A stretch of 64,000 bases of DNA from NCBI GenBank assembly GCA_943787795.1, contig CALSNU010000001.1, forward strand, positions 1,152,001-1,216,000, written 5' to 3'. Each line of letters opens with the position of its first letter. Within the stretch, counting starts at the first letter, position 1. The translations under genes were made by a program, and so were the position numbers. Shown here piece by piece: positions 1-9,500 of the stretch. Below the pieces are notes generated by a model. The model worked only from the letters and a program-made list of their open reading frames with translations, was not told the origin of the DNA and made no database searches. This DNA comes from an uncultured bacterium. GTDB lineage: Bacteria; Planctomycetota; UBA1135; GCA-002686595.

Positions 1-1038
1 AACACCGGTGGCAAGACGCTGGCGCTGAAGACCGCCGGCTTGTTCGCGCTCATGTCACGCGTCGGGCTGCCCGTCCCCGCAGAGGACGGCACGACGATTC
101 CCCTGTACGACGGCATCGCCGCGGACATCGGCGACGAGCAGGAGATCCGGCAGAACCTCTCGACGTTCGCGTCACACCTCGTGCGCGTCTCCGATGCCCT
201 GCAGCGGGCCACGCCCGACACGCTCGTCCTGCTGGACGAGCTCGGAGGTGGGACAGACCCGGACGAGGGGGGGGCGCTTGGCACGGCTGTGCTGGAGCGC
301 CTGCTGACCGCGCGGGTGCCCACGCTCGTCTCCACCCACATCGGCAAGCTCAAGGAGTTCGCCTACCGGCATGCGCGCGCGGAGAACGCCTGTGCGGAGT
401 TCGATCACGAGACGCTCGCCCCGCGCTACCGGCTGATGCTCGGGACTCCTGGCGAGTCATGCGCGCTCGTCATCGCCCGACGCATCGGCCTCTCCGAGTC
501 GGTGGTCGAGGTCGCGAGGGCGCGGCTGGAGCGGAGGGAGGGCGAGCTCGAGGACCTCATGAGCGATGTGCGCTCCGCGCGCATGGCGGCGGAGGAGACG
601 CGCCTGGGCGCCGAGGCGGAGCTGGCGCGGGCGCGCGAGCGGAGCCGCGTGGTGGACGAGCGCGAGGCGGTGCTCGAGCGGCGCATCGACCAGCTGGAGC
701 GGGAGGCGCAGAAGGGAATTGAGGAGCGCGTCCGTGACGCCGCGCGGACGCTGGAGCGCGGCCGGCGGCTGCTGGATCAGCTCCCGCCGGAGACCCGAAG
801 GGAGATGGAGGAGACGCTGGACCAGCTGGAGGCGGAGCTGACCGGGGCGTCTCTCACGGAGCGCCGCGAGGCCTTCATCGCAGGGCTCGGAAAGGGCTCG
901 CTGGTGTACCTGCCGCGCTATCGCCAGCGGGTCCTCGTGCACAAGATCGACCGGGAGCGGCGGCAGGTGGTCGCGAAGCTGGGGTCCATGAAGGTCAAGG
1001 TGTCCTTCGACGAGGTGACCCCGTACGAGAGCCTCTGA
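1..1038 (+). CDS. mutS2: MutS2-family ATPase, 5'-truncated by the window edge; ends after a KOW-like domain with no Smr domain
   Basis: Frame from nt 1 reads NTGGKT (Walker A end), ADIGDEQ, NLSTFASH, LLDELGGGTDPDEG (Walker B), STH and G.PGES.A..IA.R.G, followed by a coiled coil and a C-terminal GSLVYLP...KLGSMKVKV KOW-like segment. Confidence 0.9.
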   Translation, partial: NTGGKTLALKTAGLFALMSRVGLPVPAEDGTTIPLYDGIAADIGDEQEIRQNLSTFASHLVRVSDALQRATPDTLVLLDELGGGTDPDEGGALGTAVLERLLTARVPTLVSTHIGKLKEFAYRHARAENACAEFDHETLAPRYRLMLGTPGESCALVIARRIGLSESVVEVARARLERREGELEDLMSDVRSARMAAEETRLGAEAELARARERSRVVDEREAVLERRIDQLEREAQKGIEERVRDAARTLERGRRLLDQLPPETRREMEETLDQLEAELTGASLTERREAFIAGLGKGSLVYLPRYRQRVLVHKIDRERRQVVAKLGSMKVKVSFDEVTPYESL

Positions 1039-1053
1039 CGCTCGAGAGCCGTG

Positions 1054-1120
1054 GACCCACGCGGCCCGTTGACCCACGTCGCCTGCTGACCCACGAGAGC
1101 CCGCTGACCCACGAAAGCCT
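1054..1120. repeat. Degenerate 17-18 bp tandem repeat, 4 copies with core GACCCACG
   Basis: GACCCACG occurs at 1054, 1071, 1088 and 1106. Confidence 0.75.
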
Positions 1121-1277
1121 GTCCGCACGGCGCCACCGGCGGCTCAGGTCGCCCAGCGGCGTGATCGAAGCCGCGATCGCCCCAATTCGATCCGGAACAC
1201 GGAGGGTCGCGCTGCGGTGAGGGTGCGGCCGGCCTTCGTGGGATCTGAGGCTGGCGGGCGGCGGTACACTTGGGTCC

Positions 1278-3560
1278 ATGCTTGCCTTGATGCTGGCCCT
1301 CGTCGTTGGAGACGGTTTCGATGAAGCCGCCCGCCCCTTCATCGAGGCGCACTGTCTTCGCTGCCACGGGGGAGCGTCGACCCAGGGGGATCTCGACCTC
1401 TCGACCGCGGATGCGAGCGCCCTGGCTCGGAGCCCGGAGGAGTGGGACTGGCTCCTCGAGCGCGTGGAGCTCGGTGAGATGCCGCCGCCAGGTGAGGCGG
1501 CCCCCTCGGCGCAGGAGCGGGAGCGCTTCAGCGCCTGGATGCGGACCCAGCTGGGGGCGTCCGGTGACGTCGTGGGCGACCTCCCAGAGGTTCCGCTCCG
1601 CCGCCTGACCGTGGCGGAGTACGCGGCGGCAGCCAGGGACCTCTTCGATGTGTCCATCGACGCCAAGCGCTACCTGCCGGAGGACGCCGTGGGGTTCGGC
1701 TTCGACCATGTCTCCGCGGCGCAGTCTCTCTCTGACCTGGACTTCAGGCGCTACCTGGAGGCGGCGGAGGCCGTCGCGGATCGGGCCCTGGCGGCCGACG
1801 AGCCGGGCCCTCCTCGGGTCCGTCGGTACGTCCCGTCGGATCTCACGGGCGGTGCGCCGAGGGGGCGCACCTACTGGCTCCATACCCGCGGGGTGGCGGG
1901 CGTACTTGCGCCGCTGCCGAGAGCGGGGGAGTACCTCGTTCGCGCGCAGGTGTGGGGGCAGCAGGCGGGGGACGAGGCCTGTGAGATCCGGCTCGTCCTC
2001 GGGGATCGCGGGAGGGGACGCGTGGAGGAGGCGCGAGGTCCACGCGCGGAGGCTGCCGAGGTCTTCGAGGCGCGGCTCCGCGTTGACGCGGGGGGTGATG
2101 TCCTCGCGGGCGTGGAGTTCCGAAACGACTTCTATCGTCCGGCGAAGGACGGCAAGCGCGCGGCCGATCGGAACCTCGCCGTCGACTGGGTGGAGGTGGT
2201 CGGGCCGCTGGACAAGGGCGGCTCGACGCGCCTCTGGACGCGCTGCTCCGAGCGCCTCGCGGAGGCCGATGACCCCGAGGAGGCCCTCGAGTCGCTGGTC
2301 GCGTCCCTGGCGGCGAACACCTGGCGGGTGGCGGCGGTCGAATCCGGGGACGTCAGGCGGCTCCTGAGCCTCTCCGATCAGGACGACGAGCCCCGAGCTC
2401 GGCTGCGGGCGGCGCTGGTCGGGCTGCTCGTGAGCCCCCGCTTCCTCTTCAAGCCCGAGGTCGGGACGGGGGAGGTGGACGCACGGCGGAGTCGGCGCCT
2501 CAGCGGACACGAGCTGGCCACGCGGCTCGCGGGGTTCCTCTGGAACGGGGTGCCGGACCGCGGGCTCCTCGAGGTCGCGCGGACGGGCGGCCTGAACACC
2601 GAGGATGGGGTCCTCCTTGTTGCCGAGGAGATGATCGCGGATGAGCGGGCGGACGCGCTCGTGCGGAGCTTCGGAGAGCAGTGGCTTCAGCTGCGTGTCC
2701 TGGCGACGAAGCGTCCGGATCGGCGCGCCTTCCCCGGATTCTCGACCCGGCTCCTCCGCTCCATGGTCGAGGAGACCGCTCGCGTCCTGCTGCGGTCCTT
2801 CAGGGAGGAGCGCAGCCTCTGGGAGCTGGTCGACGGGACGGAGACCGTGGTCGACCTGCGACTCGCGAAGCTCTACGGGCTGGACCGCGAGGATCGGCTG
2901 GAGAGCCTCGGAGGCGGGTGGTACGTGTCGGACCTCTCCCGCACGGAGCGCCGCGGCCTGCTCGGGCATGCCAGCGTGCTCTTCGCCACGAGCGAATCCA
3001 CGCGCTCCTCACCGGTGAAGCGCGGCAAGTGGGTCCTCGATGTCCTGCTGGGAAGCGCGCCGCCGCCGCCTCCCCCTGGAGTCGATGGGCTCGACGAGGC
3101 CGCGCCGGGAGAGGAGGGCCTCAGCTTCAAGGAGCGATTTGCCAGGCACCGAGCGGACCCCAACTGCGCCGCTTGCCACGCGCGGATGGACCCCCTGGGG
3201 TTCGGGCTGGAGGCGTACACCGCGATCGGGGCCCTGCGGGCGCCTGGGGATCCGCTCCGCCTGGAGGCCGCCGGAGAGCTCCCGGACGGGCGGACGTTCA
3301 CCGGACCTGCCGAGCTGGCGGCCGTCCTGCGCTCGGAAGACCGCTTCCTCGAGGCCTTCGTCGAGCGCATGTCCATCTACGGGCTCGGTCGCGCGCTCGA
3401 ACGCGGCGACCGGGCGCTGGTCGCGCAGATCATCGACGGATTGGAGCCTGGACGGCCAACGATGAAGCGTGTCATCCTCGGTGTCGTGGCCTCGGACGAG
3501 TTTCAGCGCATCAGCACAGGCGTTCAGACGCCGAGGGCTGCGGAGGTGGATGATGAGTGA
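1278..3560 (+). CDS. Planctomycete-type DUF1592/DUF1588 (PSD/PSCyt) cytochrome c domain protein with a CBM60-like insert
   Basis: Signal-like N-terminus, CLRCH and CAACH haem motifs, RRLTVAEY, VSPRFLF, ELATRLAGFLW..PD, SSPVKRGKWVL, MDPLGFGLE; FRND...DRNLAVDWVEV resembles a Ca-dependent carbohydrate-binding module. Confidence 0.85.
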   Translation: MLALMLALVVGDGFDEAARPFIEAHCLRCHGGASTQGDLDLSTADASALARSPEEWDWLLERVELGEMPPPGEAAPSAQERERFSAWMRTQLGASGDVVGDLPEVPLRRLTVAEYAAAARDLFDVSIDAKRYLPEDAVGFGFDHVSAAQSLSDLDFRRYLEAAEAVADRALAADEPGPPRVRRYVPSDLTGGAPRGRTYWLHTRGVAGVLAPLPRAGEYLVRAQVWGQQAGDEACEIRLVLGDRGRGRVEEARGPRAEAAEVFEARLRVDAGGDVLAGVEFRNDFYRPAKDGKRAADRNLAVDWVEVVGPLDKGGSTRLWTRCSERLAEADDPEEALESLVASLAANTWRVAAVESGDVRRLLSLSDQDDEPRARLRAALVGLLVSPRFLFKPEVGTGEVDARRSRRLSGHELATRLAGFLWNGVPDRGLLEVARTGGLNTEDGVLLVAEEMIADERADALVRSFGEQWLQLRVLATKRPDRRAFPGFSTRLLRSMVEETARVLLRSFREERSLWELVDGTETVVDLRLAKLYGLDREDRLESLGGGWYVSDLSRTERRGLLGHASVLFATSESTRSSPVKRGKWVLDVLLGSAPPPPPPGVDGLDEAAPGEEGLSFKERFARHRADPNCAACHARMDPLGFGLEAYTAIGALRAPGDPLRLEAAGELPDGRTFTGPAELAAVLRSEDRFLEAFVERMSIYGLGRALERGDRALVAQIIDGLEPGRPTMKRVILGVVASDEFQRISTGVQTPRAAEVDDE

Positions 3561-4971
3561 CCCGAGAACAGACCGGTCGATCGAGGAACTGGAGGGCAGG
3601 GGCCCGCGGGTCTCTCGGTCCGGCTTGCCCCGCCGCGCCGTCCTACGAGGGGCGGGGACCCTGGTCGCCCTGCCCTGGCTCGAGGCCATGGCGAGCGCCG
3701 GGGCGCCGCTTCGCTCCGCGCCGCGCACCCGTCGCCTGGTGTACGTCTACGCACCGAACGGCGTCCACGTGGGCCAGTGGAGAGAGCCCCTCGGCGGTGG
3801 AGAGGAAGGGCGCGCCAGAGGCGCGGCGCCCCTGGGCGAGCTCCCTCCGCTGCTCGCTCCCCTGGGTGGGGTCCGCCAGAACCTGCTCCTGTTGCGCGGC
3901 CTCACCCAGGACAAGGCGCGCGCCAACGGCGACGGGCCAGGTGACCACGCGCGCGCCGCGGCCGCCTATCTCACGGGGGTCCAGCCGCTCAAGACCGAGG
4001 GCCAGGTGCGCCTTGGAGAGTCCGCCGACCAGCGCGCCGCCCGCCTGATCGGTGAGCGGACGCGGGTCCGCGCCCTCGCTCTCGGGCTGGAGGCGGGTCG
4101 ACAATCGGGGCAGTGTGATTCCGGTTACGCCTGCGCCTACTCAGGCCACATCTCTTGGCAGTCCTCCACGACGCCTGCGGCGAAGGAGAGCGATCCGCAG
4201 CGGGTGTTTGATCGCCTCTTCCGCGGGGGCGATCCCGGGCGAAGCGCCGAGGCCCGCCAGCGGCGTGCCAACGAACGGCGCAGCGTGCTGGACTTCGTAC
4301 GCGAGGAGTCTCGTCGCCTCGAGCGGCGACTGGGCGCGGAGGATCGGGCCCGCGTGGATGAGTACGAGACGGGCCTTCGGGAGCTCGAGCGCCAGCTGTC
4401 GTTCGAAGGGGCCGCTCACGTGGGCGACGTCCCGGACAGCGCGCGACCTGAGCGTGGCCGACCTGGGTTCGCCGAGCAGGCGGACCTGATGGGGTCGCTG
4501 ATCCGCCTCGCCTTTGAGACCGACGTCACCCGCATCGCGACCCTCATGCTCGGGAATGAGGGCAGCTCAAGGAGGTACCCCGAGGTGGGGGCTCGCGAGG
4601 GGCACCACGCCCTGAGCCATCACAAGGGCGACCAGGGAAAGCTGAAGCAGATCGCCGCGATCAACGGCCTTCATATGGAGGCATTCGCGCGCTTTGTGAT
4701 GGGGCTGGAGGGAGCCAGGGACGGCGGCGGCTCCGTGCTGGATCGCTCGATGGTCGTCTTCGGGAGCGGGATCGCGGACGGGAACCGTCACGACCACCAT
4801 GACCTTCCCGTGGCCGTCGTCGCGGGCAAGAAGGTTGGGCTCGGCGGGGACCGCTCGGTGTCCTTCAAGCGCAACACGCCCCTGAACAACCTGCACCTGG
4901 CCCTGCTGGAGCGGTTGGGGGTCGAGGCCTCGCCCCTGGGCGACAGCACCGGCGTCCTCGCGCTCTCCTGA
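3553..4971 (+). CDS. DUF1552 (HXXSHH) family protein with Tat-like leader
   Basis: RRAVLRGAG..VALPWLEAM, CDSGYACAY, GHHALSHH, DGNRHDH; usual partner of the upstream DUF1592 gene, which it overlaps; GGAGG precedes the start. Confidence 0.9.
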   Translation: MSDPRTDRSIEELEGRGPRVSRSGLPRRAVLRGAGTLVALPWLEAMASAGAPLRSAPRTRRLVYVYAPNGVHVGQWREPLGGGEEGRARGAAPLGELPPLLAPLGGVRQNLLLLRGLTQDKARANGDGPGDHARAAAAYLTGVQPLKTEGQVRLGESADQRAARLIGERTRVRALALGLEAGRQSGQCDSGYACAYSGHISWQSSTTPAAKESDPQRVFDRLFRGGDPGRSAEARQRRANERRSVLDFVREESRRLERRLGAEDRARVDEYETGLRELERQLSFEGAAHVGDVPDSARPERGRPGFAEQADLMGSLIRLAFETDVTRIATLMLGNEGSSRRYPEVGAREGHHALSHHKGDQGKLKQIAAINGLHMEAFARFVMGLEGARDGGGSVLDRSMVVFGSGIADGNRHDHHDLPVAVVAGKKVGLGGDRSVSFKRNTPLNNLHLALLERLGVEASPLGDSTGVLALS

Positions 4972-5073
4972 CGCCGCCGGGTCGCGGGAGCCGCGAATCG
5001 CTCAAGCCGACCACCGAGGGGGCCGAAGAGTCCTGATGAGGGACCCTCCGCGTAGGCGCTGGGTCCGTTCGTC

Positions 5074-6240
5074 ATGATCCAGAACGCCGGCGGCCCCTTC
5101 TCACACGAGCCCGACTCGTTGCTCGCGCCCGTGGGCGACGTGGACGGGCACGGCCCCAGTCTGGACTCGCTCCCTGACCTGGACACGGTGCTCGTGCTGG
5201 GCGGCGGCGCGATGCGCGGAATGGCGCACATCGGCGTGCTCCGCGCCCTCGACGACCTCGGGATCAGCGTGGACGCGATCGTCGGCACGAGCATCGGCTC
5301 ATTGATCGGGGCGCTCTACGCCAGCTCCATGAGCCCCGCCGAGATGGGGGAGGTGCTCCCCGGGCTCGCCAAGGACGACTACTTCCGACTGAACTTCGCC
5401 AAGTTCCTCAGCCGCGGCATTCGCGCGCCGAGCATGTACAGCGGCGAGACCTTCCGGAAGAGCCTCGAGCGGCTGATCCCCTCGCGGAACTTCGACGAGC
5501 TGAACCTGCCCTTCTTCTGTAACTCGGTCTGTCTGGAGACCGGCGGCCCGGTCTTCTTCGGGACGCGCGGCTTCCGTGATATCCCGCTCATTCAGGCGAT
5601 CTACGGCTCCTGTGCCCTACCTGGCGTCTTCGAGCCCCTGTCCTGGAAGGGCCGCCACTTCATGGATGGCGGCATCACGGACGCCCTCCCACTGCGTTTC
5701 GCGAAGCTCCTCAAGCCGCGCCGGATCATCGCTATTGACCTCACCGTCAAGCCGAGCCACAAGGTGCCGAACTACCGCTCTCATGCGGTCTCGACTCTCT
5801 TCCGGGCCTTCGACATCGTCGAGAACGTGATCATGGAGCACTCCCTCCATGCCCAGGTCTCGGACGAGGTCTGCCTCGTCCAGCCCAAGATCCGGGACAT
5901 GGATCGGTTTGACTTTGAGCGGGTCCATGAGCTGGTCGAGGCTGGCTACCGTGAGGCCGTGCGAGCGGTCTCATCCCACCCGACCACCCGCGGCCTGGTG
6001 CGGAGCGACCTCCCGGACGGCGTGGCCTGCCCGGTGACCCCGCACGAGTACGTCAGCCTCCGCCTTGACCCTGCCGCGTGCATCGGTTGTGGCATCTGCG
6101 AGATGACCTGCGCGACCGGCGGTTTCGAAGCCCGCGGCGACACGGCCGTGGTGAAGAAGCCGTTCAACTACGACTGTACCCGGGATCAGTCGTGCGTCCG
6201 GGCCTGCCCAACAGGCGCGATCCGGCTCGGGAACCTCTGA
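5074..6240 (+). CDS. Patatin-like phospholipase fused to a C-terminal 4Fe-4S dicluster ferredoxin
   Basis: GGGAMRG, GTSIG and DGG patatin motifs; C-terminal CIGCGICEMTC and CTRDQSCVRACP. Confidence 0.85.
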   Translation: MIQNAGGPFSHEPDSLLAPVGDVDGHGPSLDSLPDLDTVLVLGGGAMRGMAHIGVLRALDDLGISVDAIVGTSIGSLIGALYASSMSPAEMGEVLPGLAKDDYFRLNFAKFLSRGIRAPSMYSGETFRKSLERLIPSRNFDELNLPFFCNSVCLETGGPVFFGTRGFRDIPLIQAIYGSCALPGVFEPLSWKGRHFMDGGITDALPLRFAKLLKPRRIIAIDLTVKPSHKVPNYRSHAVSTLFRAFDIVENVIMEHSLHAQVSDEVCLVQPKIRDMDRFDFERVHELVEAGYREAVRAVSSHPTTRGLVRSDLPDGVACPVTPHEYVSLRLDPAACIGCGICEMTCATGGFEARGDTAVVKKPFNYDCTRDQSCVRACPTGAIRLGNL

Positions 6241-6548
6241 GTCGATGAGCGAGCGGGGGCCCCTCCGCCGCGCCCCGACGGGCTCTCCTCGCGGTGAGTG
6301 GTCGGCACCGAACGCGTGCCTCAGGAGCGGGTGGGGAGCCCTCTTCACGGAAGAAAGTTCCGGGTGAGCCGCACCGAATCAGGTGGTGGGGTGGAGGACT
6401 TCAACGGCGCCCGCCAACTTCTGCTCAAGGTCTGCCCCGGGAATGACTCGATAAGCGACGTAGAACGGCCCGCGCTCTGTCAGCGGCTGTTCACACCCAC
6501 CAAGTGTCTCGTTTCCCCGCTCGCGTCCGTCCAGTGGCGCTCAAGACC

Positions 6549-9500
6549 GTGAATCTCCTCAGCACGCCTGCCGCCGCCGTAGCGGCCCTGTTCAACAAGG
6601 TCCGTCTCGCGCTTCTCGCCATCGCCGTTGTTGCGGTGCCCGCCTGCTCTTCCTCGAGCGGCCCGGACGCCGTCACGACCGGCGAGATGGTCCAGAACCT
6701 CACCCTCGATCCGGCTGGCCAGACCATCGTCGCTACGCTGCAGGGGCTCGAAGGGACGATCCCTACGGCCTCAATCGAGGCCTCCGGCGGCCAGAGCGCG
6801 ACCAGCGTGACCCAGTCGGGCGCGACGTTCTCCATCACCTTTGACGAGATCGTCTCCCCGGATCACCAGGTCCGGTTCCTGGGACTCAGTGGCGTGACTG
6901 AGGAGTGGCGCCCCGTCACCTCGAGCGACTCACGGGAGACGGCCTTCTCGGTTGTCTCTGCCACGCAGGACACCTCGGACCTCGTGCTGGGGGGGGATAC
7001 GATCTCCGTTGAGTTCTACGCGGGGCCCAGGGTCATCGAGACCGAGGCCGAGGACATTGCCAACTGGACGCTCTCGGTTGAGGGGACGACTCTCGACCTG
7101 GTGGGGTCGAGCATCAGCTTCGATAACGCGACGCAGGTCGCGAGCCTTACCCTGGGCCGCTTCGCGAACCTCCACTCGTCCTTCACGATCAGCTGCAATG
7201 CCGCGACCGTCGCGGCGACGTCCGTCTGGAATGTCACCCTGACCGGGGCGGCCACAGGAGACGCGGCGGCTCCAACCGTCTCGACCGTGACCCAGGACCT
7301 CAACGCGGTCTCCCCTGGCGATGAGTTCGGCCGGGTCCTGGTCTTTGACTTCAACGAGCCCGTCAGCCCGATCTTCGGCGCGCAGCCCGCCAACTTCACC
7401 GTCGTGGATCACGCCCAAGCTCAGGGCGTGACCATGCCGACCAGCGTGGACTTCGAGGCCGGCGACGACTCGCAGCTGCGCGTTACCTTCAGTCGGCCGG
7501 TGGTGCCCGGCCTGGACCAGATCGACATTGACGGGCTGGTAGATGCTCACGGCAACCAGATCGTGGCCGTGACCAATTCGATCATCGCCGGCAGCGCTCC
7601 CGCCAACTCGTTTACTAGCGTGACGTTCGAGACGGTGGAGGGGGCGGGCAACGACCGCATGATCGCCAGCACGTCCCAGGCGCTGGACCCGGACACCGCG
7701 GCAGACGCGGCTCTCTGGGCGCTCACGGTCGGCGGTGGCGTCGGGGTCGTGGATCTCACGGCCCAGACGCTCAGCTACGACCTCCTGAGCCGTACCTTAA
7801 CGGTCGACCTGGTCTTCGACGTCCCGAACGGGACGACCGGCGACCTGGTCGCCTCAGGCGTCATTGAGGTGGACGGTGAGGCCTTCTCCGTCGCCGCAGC
7901 TCAGGCGCTCGCCGCCGGTGACTCGAGCTCACCCGGGGTCTCCTCGCTCACGCAGAACCGGATCACGGACAGTTCCGGCAAGACGGTGGACGTGACCTTC
8001 ACCGAGGACCTCGATCCCACGACCGCGCAAGACCCTGCCAACTACACCTTCGCTCCTGCTCTGACGGTGAACTCGGCCACCTTGATGGCCGGCAATCTCG
8101 TGCGGCTGCAAACGGACGACGTGGCCCTGCCGGGGGACTACACCCTCAGCCTGGCGCAGGTCGTGTCTGATCCGGCAGGTAACGACCTCGGCGCGCCCTT
8201 CGGACCCGCAGCGTTCCCCTCGACGGACGTCGCGGCGCCCTCCGCGATCGCCGCGTCGGGCACGGCGGTCGAAGGAGCTGAGAACGACCAGATCTCTGTC
8301 CTCTTCGACGATGTCATGGTTGCAGCCGAGGTGCAGAATCTGAGCAACTGGACCCTCGAGTCGCCGATCGGCACCCCGGTCAACCTGGCTGGCTCGTCGG
8401 TCACCTACACTGCGGTGAGCTCTGCCGAGCTCAGCATCGCCACGCTCGTGCTCGACGCGCCCGGCGCGGCTGCGCTGGTCCGATCCTACGACCTGCAGGT
8501 CGACTTCAGCGGCATGCGTGACCTCGGAGGCAACTCTGTCCTGGGGACCCCCGTCGCCGCGACCGTGGTCGGTGAGGCCAATCGGCCGGGGCTGGAGGCT
8601 GCCTTCATCAACGCCGGCGTTGGAGACGAGGTCACGCTCCGCTTCTCCGAGCCCATGCGCAGAATCACAGACCTCTTCGACGCCGTCTCGAACCCCGCTG
8701 GGGTCAAGTACACCGTGACGGACGCGGTCAGTGGGTCTCCGCTGACGCCGGTCTCTGTCACGGAGGTGGACGGCGGCCTCGGGGCGGTCCTGTCCTTCGG
8801 TACGGTGATCGATCCGGCGTCCACGGTCGACGTTGTCGGGCTGGTGGACCTCGCGGGGAACGTCCTCTTCCCGGTCCTCGCGTCGGCCCTCGAGGCCGAG
8901 GTCACCGACGTCCCGGCGATCAGCTCGGTGACCTTCCTGGCGGTCGAGGGCAGCGACAATGACCAGATCAGCGTGACCTTCAATCAGCCCATGTCGGCCT
9001 GGGGAATCACCTCCGCGGAGAGCTACAGCTGCGCGGATTCCAGGCCGGCTCCGGTCGCGCTGACGGACGCGGCCTTCAGCTTCGACGGCGTGGACACGGT
9101 CACGATCAGCCTCGCTGCCGCGAGCAACGTGGACCTGCAGAGCGCCCTGACCTATACGCTCACCCTGGAGACGTCGCCGACCCGGCCCCTGCGGACCAAG
9201 TATGGGGTGGCGCTGCCCATCTCCTCGTCCTCGCCGGCGACGGCCGTGACGGGGGACGTCACCGTGGGTCCGTCCCCGACAACCAGCCTGGCCATTGTTG
9301 ACCCGAGCTCCACGGAGAATGCCTTCGTGATCTTCAGCGAGAGTGTCAACGCCACGGAGGCCGTGTACGTCCTGAACTACACCTATGACGGGGGTACGGC
9401 CGCCACCTCAGCGGTGCTGGTCGATCCCCGGGTGGTCCAGGTGACCTTCACCGGGGCCACGGTCGCGCCAGCGGGCGTGGTTGATGTGCTTGCCAGCGTG

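Noticed and set aside
918..2969. Long antisense or alternative-frame ORFs (also 21779-23902, 25396-27111, 27047-28594, 36864-38567, 61569-62801)
   Set aside because: They overlap well-supported genes, contain no motifs, and are expected from stop-codon scarcity in high-GC DNA.
5074..6240. Patatin as a CBASS or other anti-phage effector
   Set aside because: No CD-NTase or other defence genes are nearby, and the context is not island-like.
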